From: a metagenome
DNA: 5,619 nucleotides
Sequence record: k141_406502
Reading direction: 5' to 3' (one strand)
In this document: positions 1 through 5,619 of the stretch, piece by piece
Layout: each line of letters starts with the position of its first letter
How positions within the stretch are numbered: the stretch's first letter is position 1
The notes under the pieces: generated by a model
What the model was told of the DNA's origin: nothing
Seen by the model: the letters and a program-made list of their open reading frames with translations, nothing else
Database searches by the model: none
Made by a program: the position numbers and the translations under genes

Positions 1-277
1 CTACACTATGAAGTACCGCTCGACCCCGCAAGGGGCCGCAGCGATCGATCTCTCCGATGTTTCGGAGTTCACGGGATGTACTCATGTTTCAGCTCGTCCA
101 CACTTTCGTGTGGCTAGATAGAGATGTGTGCGGCTTGACACGACGACGAGGTCGAACTCGCGGTCGCGAATCCGCGCGTCGCTCGCGACGCGGCGTCGTC
201 GCGCGTCGTCGCTCGCGGGTGCGCGCGCGGCGCCATCACCGCGCGCCGCGAAGTGACGACGCCCGCGCCGCTCAGAG

Positions 278-608
<331 letters not shown>

Positions 609-642
609 CATTCGTGGACAACAAAATATACGTCCACATACA

Positions 643-1659
643 TTAACTCCCCGTGCTTGCTTCGTCCAAATTGGCATCGCCCAAGCGCCGTCGAAGCGAA
701 GACGTGTCATCTCCCGAACCACTGAGCGCCTTTAGCGCGCCCTCTACGCCACGAAGCGCGCTGTAAAGAAGGTCTTGGGCGTCGACTTTGTACCACTCTT
801 GGAAGCATTCGCACGCACACATTTGCTTCTCAGGTCCCCATTCAGGCTGCCATTTTGGTACGTTAAACTCACCATAACCATCAATCGAAACACGTCCATC
901 AACGCTCAGGTTACTGCCATCGCAGCCAATGACACCCACAGGATGAACAATGAAGCTAATTTCTTCACGACCAGAAGGTCTGCGTGCCCAGGCGGTCTGG
1001 CGAACATACTGGGATGGACATGACCCATATTTCCCACGATAATCGGTAATTGTGAGCCTCTCCTGTTCTTTTTTCGCCTCGTAGCTGCGCAGCGCATCGC
1101 TCAGCTCCTCGAGGTTGCGTTCCAAAGATATACTGGTTCTTTTTCTTTTGTGTTGCTGAAGTTGTTCAGAGGCGTGTTCTTTTATGTCGGCAATTTTATC
1201 GGGCAAGCCTTTCAAATCTGCGATAACCGCATCCACATCGGCGCACAGCGCGTTCAATGAATTGTCTTGCTCTTTTAATTTCGCACGAGTGTCCTCGATG
1301 TGCTGCGGGATAACCGACCGTCGCGTTTCAGAGATATTCTCGTCTTGTAGCTGGGCTTCCAGAACTTGGGTATCTTCATCGATGCGCTCTACGGTGCGAA
1401 GATAACTCGCCCGTAGGAGACGCTTGAACTCCTCGAGGCCGTCGGGCGTCGGTTTATCATACTCGCCTCGTTTTCTGGCGAATGCCTCGTAGCTTGTGTT
1501 CTTGAAGAATGGCTTGTTCTTGTACGAGCGCTCGAGTTCATCCTCCGCTGTTTTGACCGCCTCTACCTCCGCCGTGCCGTTCATCCAGTCCGGTTGCAGC
1601 GACGGGTCTAATGAGTACGTTCTCCACGTCGGTGAGGCGTGCGCGACTGAATCGGTCAT
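643..1659 (-). CDS. Hypothetical 338-aa protein with a central coiled-coil region (about aa 75-200) and a Cys-containing, beta-rich C-terminal domain (about aa 203-291); family not recognised
   Basis: There is a true ATG (cat at 1657-1659) and a TAA stop (tta at 643-645), with one uninterrupted 339-codon frame. No competing long ORF covers the interval. The composition is protein-like rather than the Arg/Pro/Gly-rich composition of the artefact ORFs. The charged heptad-like stretch is EDTQVLEAQLQDEN...RAKLKEQDNSLNAL...LEELSDALRSYEAKKEQE. The C-terminal segment is DYRGKYGSCPSQYV...VGVIGCDGSNLSVDGRVSIDGYGEFNVPKWQPEWGPEKQMCACECFQEWYK. Confidence 0.7.
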   Translation of the reverse strand: MTDSVAHASPTWRTYSLDPSLQPDWMNGTAEVEAVKTAEDELERSYKNKPFFKNTSYEAFARKRGEYDKPTPDGLEEFKRLLRASYLRTVERIDEDTQVLEAQLQDENISETRRSVIPQHIEDTRAKLKEQDNSLNALCADVDAVIADLKGLPDKIADIKEHASEQLQQHKRKRTSISLERNLEELSDALRSYEAKKEQERLTITDYRGKYGSCPSQYVRQTAWARRPSGREEISFIVHPVGVIGCDGSNLSVDGRVSIDGYGEFNVPKWQPEWGPEKQMCACECFQEWYKVDAQDLLYSALRGVEGALKALSGSGDDTSSLRRRLGDANLDEASTGS

Positions 1660-2021
1660 CGTATGCGGCGACGAGTGGCGCCGACGGCGAGATCTCCCCG
1701 CATCCTTGGAAAACCGTTTTTTTCACCAAGGTAGGAATACTCTATCGTAGATGGCACTAAACGGTGTAAAATACGTATATATCCACGGTTCATGACTCGT
1801 CATGTGTGTAGGTACTCTCTAAAGGTGCGATATATAAATTTTTCCCGCGCGGCGACCACACCGCAGACGCCTCGGATCGACGCGACGCGCGACCGCACGC
1901 CGACGCGCGGCGCGCGCTCGACGCCCCGCGCTCGACGACCCGGGACGCTCGACGTCTCGCGGCGCGCGCCGAACGAACCGCGCGGTCGAACGCGCGCCGA
2001 AGCGACGCGAATCGTCGAAGA
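1660..2021. promoter_or_regulatory. Divergent intergenic region shared by the minus-strand 338-aa gene and the plus-strand small acidic-tail gene; AT-rich core about 1735-1845 followed by a CpG-dense block about 1850-2021
   Basis: The 362 nt lie between two divergently oriented ATGs (1659 on minus, 2022 on plus). The only AT-rich patch lies at about 1735-1845. It contains tatatat at 1776-1782 (reads atatata on the minus strand, about 120 nt upstream of ATG 1659) and tatataaa at 1831-1838. Confidence 0.4.
1831..1838 (+). promoter_or_regulatory. TATA-box-like element (TATATAAA) upstream of the 2022..2507 gene
   Basis: There is an exact TATATAAA at 1831-1838, 184 nt upstream of ATG 2022. It is the only such octamer in the window and sits in the divergent spacer. 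Function is not demonstrable from sequence. Confidence 0.3.
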
Positions 2022-2507
2022 ATGTCTCGACCTCGCGAACACCGTTCGCGCGGACGCCGCGCGCGCGCGCGCCTGTTCGCGCTCGCCACGACGGCCGGCG
2101 TCGCGTGCGTCGCGCTCACGGGCGCGTCGTCGCTCGCGAACGCGATCGCGCTGGCGAACGCGGAGGCGGTGACGGAGGCGCGGGCGACGGACGCGGACGA
2201 CGCGGACGTCGCGAGGCCGACGCCGGGCGCGCGACGCTCGTTGTTGTACGATCGCAAGGCGGCGGTGGATAAATCGCGGGCGCGGTACATGCGACGAAGT
2301 GGTGGGTCGCGCGCGCGCATCGGCCGGGCGAGCGGCGGCGGCGGCGACGACGACGAATGCGACGAGGAGGACGAGGAATCGGAGTGCGGCAAGAAGAAAG
2401 AGAAAGAGGAGGAAAAGAAAGAGGAGGAAGAGGAGAAAGAGGAGGAAGCGGAGAAACAGGAGGAAGAGGAGGAGGATGCGGATGCGGATGCGGAGGAGGA
2501 GGAGTAA
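2022..2507 (+). CDS. Small 161-aa protein: Arg-rich N-terminus, about 30-aa hydrophobic signal peptide or signal anchor with A-x-A motifs, then a polyacidic Glu/Asp/Lys tail
   Basis: There is a true ATG at 2022-2024 and TAA at 2505-2507. Codons match the local bias (GCG, ACG, GAC, TCG, CGC, GAG). The N-terminus MSRPREHRSRGRRARAR is followed by LFALATTAGVACVALTGASSLANAIALANA (nt 2073-2162). The tail from D109 (nt 2346-2504) is almost pure D/E/K. Caveat: the antisense ORF 1790..2392 shares the same third-codon positions, so GC3 cannot discriminate between them. The plus frame is preferred for three reasons: the signal-like architecture, the ATG start (the antisense M is TTG), and a clean fit with neighbours (divergent with 643..1659, convergent with DXO). 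Confidence 0.5.
   Translation: MSRPREHRSRGRRARARLFALATTAGVACVALTGASSLANAIALANAEAVTEARATDADDADVARPTPGARRSLLYDRKAAVDKSRARYMRRSGGSRARIGRASGGGGDDDECDEEDEESECGKKKEKEEEKKEEEEEKEEEAEKQEEEEEDADADAEEEE
2391..2504 (+). repeat. Polypurine (GAR-codon) low-complexity tract including three tandem GATGCG units
   Basis: 2391-2448 is 58 consecutive purines on the plus strand. Across 2391-2504 there are only 8 pyrimidines (2449, 2457 and the t/c of the hexamer repeat). GATGCG occurs three times in tandem at 2475-2492. The tract encodes the K/E/D tail of the 2022..2507 ORF. Confidence 0.9.
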
Positions 2508-2609
2508 ACGAGGACGCGGACGGGCGTGTTCTCCTTTGAGCGTCTCTGTACGACATATCTTTGAGCGCCGATGCTACAGTATTCTGTTCTACAGTGTAAT
2601 CAATCTGAA

Positions 2610-4043
2610 TCAATTTTGTGAGTTTTCGCGATCGCTATTTTCCGTTGACGCGCGATCGTGCGCGTCGCCGACACCGGAAGAACTTGCGCGCCGCGCGCCG
2701 CTCGATTTCGCCGACGACGCCGGCGCCGCTTTGTGATCATAATTCATCATCTGTGGGCTCGTTTGGGCGTCGATACCGGTGTAGTTGGCTTTTTGTTGTA
2801 TCCAAATCGAAGGGTCGATGCCGATACCACCCATCGTGTCGTCGTCCACGCGTCCTCGCAACGTTCTTCGAGGGTCTTTGCCTTGCATGTACAAAAGCGC
2901 CGCCGGTCCGAGCGAGCGGATGTACTCTATTCTGTTCGTTCTGCCCTCTGTTCGCGCCCGAATGCTCATCGCGGACGCAGTTTCCGAAAGTTCGGGCGCT
3001 GGCGCATCTCGCGGCGGCTCCGAAGCGGAAGTTGGCCTCGCGGTAGGCTGCGGTCCTCTCTCGCGCCAGGACCCGTCGTTCATGAGTTTCGCGCGCGCGT
3101 CGGCGGGTAAAAAGTCAGGGATCGAATCATCTCGAATGAAATTCACGCGATGCTTCGCCTTTTTCGGTTCGTACTCAACTCGCACTCGCGTCCCGCTGGG
3201 TTCGTCGGCGAGTAACTCTTTGAGCTTCGTCAGCACCGCTGACGCGCATCGAAGAGCGTCCTTGGGCGTCCACGAGTTCGCATGCTTGACGACGTATCCC
3301 GGTAACTTGAGCGTCTCTAACATTTGCGTTTTCACCACGCGCCCGTGGTCGTCGCGAAATCCAACCATTATTCTCCTTACACCCAGCGCGAACGACTGCG
3401 CCCACCACTTCAAGAGCTTTTCTTTTTCAAAACGTTTCACCTGTCGCTCGTCGTTCATCACCCTCGACGTCTTTAACTCGACGTAATTCGCCAGCTCGGC
3501 GTCACCTTCGAAACAATCGACTTCTCCAGCCATTAAGACGTTTAAATCACCCATTTTCGTCTTGACGACGCAGCAAAAACATTCCATGCAATCCACCGGT
3601 TCCTCGAACGGCTTCTCCGAGCACGCGGCCTCCTCGAAAGCGTATCCCCAGTAACACATCCGCTCGTCTCTCCCGTCGCGAGTGAGCGCCTTTCGCAACC
3701 CTTCCTCCGTTTCTTTGACGTTCAAAACGATCGTCCTGTTGTTGACCAATTCGGCCTCCATCGTCCAAGCCTCGGAGACGTTCCACGCCGTCGTCAGCAA
3801 CTTGCTCATGTTTCCTCGCCACGTGATCACGTCCACGTCTTCTAACACTTTAGTCTGCCCGCTCGCCTCGATCGCACCAAATATCACGTGCACGGGCGCC
3901 GGATAAATCTCTCGCCGATCGCGATCTCGAAACGTGCCGAATCCTTGATTGAGATCCGCGCCCGCGCCGGCGTTGACGCCGCGCAGCCGCCGCAAATTCG
4001 TCGCGTCGTACGTCGTCAATCGTTCGTCCCGTCTCTTGCTCAC
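2610..4043 (-). CDS. DXO: DXO/Rai1-family decapping and 5'-3' exoribonuclease, exon 2 (main exon: catalytic core plus a 157-aa C-terminal extension)
   Basis: All Rai1/DXO signature motifs are present and I verified them on the DNA. They are TWRG (Arg motif, ITWRGNMSKLLTTAW), G-h-x-h-E as GYAFE (nt 3633-3647), E-h-D as GEVDC (nt 3513-3527), E-h-K as VELKT (ELK at nt 3471-3479), and the following KWWAQS segment. The track's M at 4041-4043 is GTG preceded by gcgcgcag, so this is an exon start, not a translation start. The stop is TGA at 2610-2612. Confidence 0.85.
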   Translation of the reverse strand: MSKRRDERLTTYDATNLRRLRGVNAGAGADLNQGFGTFRDRDRREIYPAPVHVIFGAIEASGQTKVLEDVDVITWRGNMSKLLTTAWNVSEAWTMEAELVNNRTIVLNVKETEEGLRKALTRDGRDERMCYWGYAFEEAACSEKPFEEPVDCMECFCCVVKTKMGDLNVLMAGEVDCFEGDAELANYVELKTSRVMNDERQVKRFEKEKLLKWWAQSFALGVRRIMVGFRDDHGRVVKTQMLETLKLPGYVVKHANSWTPKDALRCASAVLTKLKELLADEPSGTRVRVEYEPKKAKHRVNFIRDDSIPDFLPADARAKLMNDGSWRERGPQPTARPTSASEPPRDAPAPELSETASAMSIRARTEGRTNRIEYIRSLGPAALLYMQGKDPRRTLRGRVDDDTMGGIGIDPSIWIQQKANYTGIDAQTSPQMMNYDHKAAPASSAKSSGARRASSSGVGDAHDRASTENSDRENSQN

Positions 4044-4260
4044 CTGCGCGCGCGACTCGACATTCCGCGTCGATGCATTTCAGTCATTCGCGCGCACCTC
4101 GCGCGCGCTCGCGAACGCGCCCACGAATCGCGCCGTCGCGCGCCGCGGCGACAGTTAGCTCGCGCCCGAGCCGAATTCTACGCAATCTTCCTCACGCCGT
4201 CGTCGCACGCCTCCGCGCGCGTCGCCCGCGCGCCCGCGCGCGCGAATTCGTCTCACGCAC
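4044..4260 (-). other. Predicted spliceosomal intron (217 nt, phase 0, GT..AG) in the DXO gene
   Basis: In the minus sense the donor is ACAG|GTGCGTGAG (exon ends 4261, intron starts 4260). The acceptor is GCGCGCAG|GTGAGC (intron ends 4044, exon 2 starts 4043). Exon 1 ends on a complete codon (CAG, Q70) and exon 2 begins on a complete codon (GTG), so the frame is preserved. Read-through would hit TGA at 4192-4194. Confidence 0.65.
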
Positions 4261-4470
4261 CTGTCCGCACTCCAACGGCTCCTCGTACTTGGGCGCGCGC
4301 ACCGCGGCGGCGTCGAGCGACCGCACGTCCACCTGCACGAAGCCCAACAAACTCGGTCCCGTGACGTCGTCCGCCGCGCGCGCGCGCTTGCGTCGACCGC
4401 GATTGCTGCTCGACAACACGTCGGACGAGCCGGAGACGGCGTCGCGGGAGCGCGCGCTGGATTCGGGCAT
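4261..4470 (-). CDS. DXO: DXO/Rai1-family gene, exon 1 (70 aa with the true ATG, a basic NLS-like patch and the conserved N-terminal strand of the Rai1 fold)
   Basis: The start is a true ATG (cat at 4468-4470). The frame has high GC3 with local codon bias. NRGRRKRARA (nt 4375-4404) resembles a nuclear localisation signal. GPSLLGFVQVDVRSLDAAAVRAPKYEEP resembles the start of other Rai1/DXO proteins as I remember it: a hydrophobic-G-x-F segment, then an acidic/Arg stretch ending in a Y-x-x-P-like element. This exon supplies the ATG that exon 2 lacks. Confidence 0.65.
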
Positions 4471-4653
4471 CGGGCCGGAACGGCGCGGTGTGCGGTCGAG
4501 GCGACGCTCGGGACGGTTCGGGTTCGCGACGCGGCGGCGGCGATCGACGGCTCGCGTCGCGGTGATGATTTCGAGGCTCGCGCGCGCTGATTGAACTAAT
4601 ATGATATTTGATGACGACGCGGCGGTCGGATCGAGACGAGTCGACGCGCGGAG
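4471..4653 (-). promoter_or_regulatory. 183-nt spacer that must hold both the RRP41 3' UTR/poly(A) site and the DXO promoter/5' UTR; AT-rich patch at about 4592-4612
   Basis: It lies between the RRP41 stop (TGA, tca at 4654-4656) and the DXO ATG (4470), both on the minus strand. The only AT-rich segment is ctaatatgatatttgat (plus strand, about 4595-4611), roughly 125-140 nt upstream of the DXO ATG. The role is inferred from position only. Confidence 0.3.
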
Positions 4654-5466
4654 TCAAAACTTCTCCAGGGCGCGCGTCGCGGCGAGCGAACGCGTGCGCT
4701 CCAGCGTCGCCTCGCGCATGCGCGCCGATATCACCGCCGAAGCCGCGAGCGCGAGATCGTGCATCGCATCGTACGTTTCCATCGTCGTTTTCCCTCGATC
4801 GAGCTCCTCGGCGATGATTTCTCTGCCCGAGATATCCACGCCCTCGTCCTCTTCCTCCTCGTCGTCGCTCGCCGCCGCCGCGCGGCTCGTCGCGCCCGCG
4901 CCGGTCGAACACATCAACAGCTCCGGCCCTCGTCCGCGCTCTTCCTCGCGATTGAGATCGATCAACACCTCTCCATCGAGGTATCCGCACGTCACCGCGC
5001 CCACCGTGTCCCTCAGCGGCACTCCCGCGTCCGCCAGCGCCAACGTCGCCGCGTTGACGCTCGCCGCCTTCGCCCCTCCGTCGTCGCACAGCACCGTGCA
5101 CGTCACCGCGATCGCGCTCCGCGGCATCAATTCCGTCATCACCACCCTATCCAGTATTTTCGTCAGCGTCTCCGCGTGCGAGAGCGCCTTTCGATCCCCC
5201 TTTCGTCGTCCGTTCGCGCCGTCCGCCGCCGCCCCGCTCGCGGCGTACGTCGCCGTCACCGCGCACGCGTCGCTCGCGCCCTCCTCCGCGCGTCCGCCGC
5301 GCCGTTCGCGCGGTCCTCGCACCGTGGCCTGCACGACCGTGTTCCCGATCTCGAACCGCGCGCTCCCGTCGGCGTCGGCGTCGACGGCGAATTCGTGCCG
5401 GACGCGTCGACACTCGTTCGCCCGTCGTCCGTCCGCGCGCAAGCCCTCGAAGCTGACGTACTCCAT
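4654..5466 (-). CDS. RRP41: RNase PH-type exosome core subunit, most similar to RRP41 (EXOSC4/Ski6); 270 aa from the ATG at 5466
   Basis: MEYVSFEGLRADGRRANECRRV...DGSARFEIGNTVVQATVRGPRE matches the RRP41 N-terminus as I recall it for plants (MEYVNPEGLRLDGRRFNEMRQ...DGSAVFEMGNTKVIAAVYGPRE). MTELMPRSAIAVTCTVLCDDGGAKAASVNAATLALADAGVPLRD matches the RNase PH core (LTELMP...QADGGTRSACINAATLALADAGIPMRD). The track start at 5571 is GTG (cac at 5569-5571), and the 35 residues before M36 are Arg/Ala-rich junk. The first ATG is cat at 5464-5466. The stop is TGA at 4654-4656. Family assignment is high confidence; the RRP41 versus RRP46/MTR3 paralogue call is somewhat lower. Confidence 0.85.
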   Translation of the reverse strand: MEYVSFEGLRADGRRANECRRVRHEFAVDADADGSARFEIGNTVVQATVRGPRERRGGRAEEGASDACAVTATYAASGAAADGANGRRKGDRKALSHAETLTKILDRVVMTELMPRSAIAVTCTVLCDDGGAKAASVNAATLALADAGVPLRDTVGAVTCGYLDGEVLIDLNREEERGRGPELLMCSTGAGATSRAAAASDDEEEEDEGVDISGREIIAEELDRGKTTMETYDAMHDLALAASAVISARMREATLERTRSLAATRALEKF

Positions 5467-5619
5467 CGCGATCGACGCGTCGCGCGTCTCGGCGGCGTCC
5501 GCGTCGCGCCGCGCGGTCGCCGGCGCGCGTCGCGGCGCGTCGCGGCGCGGAGTGACGCGCCGCCGCCGCACTCGCGCGCTCGCACCTCGCGCGCGTCTCT
5601 CGCGCGCGCGTCGTCGCGA

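Noticed and set aside
2595-2599. TGTAA pentamer (the green-algal poly(A) signal known from Chlamydomonas-type algae) 88 nt after the 2507 stop
   Set aside because: A single pentamer in an AT-rich spacer is expected by chance. I do not know that this signal is used in the inferred lineage, and no matching element is evident for the opposing DXO transcript.
2785-3486. 233-aa plus-strand ORF and neighbours (2618..3046, 2658..3110, 3682..3906, 3888..4364) overlapping DXO
   Set aside because: They are antisense or off-frame to a CDS whose catalytic motifs are verified. The translations are Ser/Arg/Phe-rich with no motif, which is typical of shadow ORFs.
4041-4043. Track-annotated starts at 4043, 5571 and 278 taken as initiation codons
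   Set aside because: Direct reading shows GTG at all three (cac on plus at 4041-4043 and 5569-5571; gtg at 278-280). In a eukaryotic context these are not credible initiators. Better explanations are a splice acceptor at 4043, an internal ATG at 5466, and a missing upstream exon for 278.
4093-4107. Exact 15-mer cgcacctcgcgcgcg shared between the DXO intron (4093-4107) and the region upstream of RRP41 (5581-5595)
   Set aside because: The match does not extend cleanly on either side. Both copies lie in (CG)n-like low-complexity sequence, where such matches are expected. This is not enough to call a dispersed repeat or motif without genome-wide counts.
4562-4614. C/D-box snoRNA-like arrangement on the plus strand: GTGATGA (4562-4568), CTGA (4587-4590), TGATGA (4609-4614)
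   Set aside because: No terminal D box (CTGA) follows the putative C' box within the next 45 nt or so. I found no terminal stem pairing the ends. The spacing is atypical. Short boxes like these are expected by chance, and the region is more simply the RRP41 3' UTR plus the DXO promoter.
5526-5545. Tandem 10-mer cgcgtcgcgg repeated twice upstream of RRP41, and similar gcgcgtcg(tc)gctcgcg repeats at about 173-217
   Set aside because: These are very short, imperfect and embedded in CG low complexity. They are consistent with slippage or composition rather than a defined regulatory repeat.

Overview
This window reads as compact eukaryotic nuclear DNA, not a prokaryotic locus. Five tightly packed protein-coding genes sit 56-362 nt apart. 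One has a canonical GT..AG intron. Codon usage is dominated by GCG/ACG/TCG/CGC/GAC, and the spacers are CpG-dense. This resembles high-GC green picoalgae (Mamiellophyceae such as Ostreococcus or Micromonas), but the taxon is inference only. Two genes are recognisable from motifs. One is a DXO/Rai1-family decapping exonuclease on the minus strand, which I re-model as two exons (4261..4470 and 2610..4043) with a 217-nt intron. The other is an RNase PH-type exosome core subunit most similar to RRP41 (minus strand, 4654..5466). The remaining three are unassigned: a 338-aa coiled-coil protein (643..1659, minus), a small protein with an Arg-rich N-terminus, a hydrophobic signal/anchor and a polyacidic tail (2022..2507, plus), and an ATG-less coiled-coil ORF (278..586, plus) that can only be a downstream exon if it is coding. 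Several M residues in the supplied ORF track are GTG or TTG codons (278, 4043, 5571, 2392), which changes the gene models. Many long Arg/Pro/Gly-rich ORFs are frame artefacts of CG-rich sequence. I found no rRNA, tRNA, CRISPR array, transposase or obvious multi-gene system. The points worth a second look are the split DXO gene with identical CAGGTG junctions, its unexplained C-terminal extension, a sharp synonymous-codon shift inside the 338-aa gene, apparent substitutions in the RRP41 phosphorolytic site, and GC/CpG peaks at gene 5' ends with troughs at convergent 3' ends. All homology calls come from remembered motifs, not from searches.
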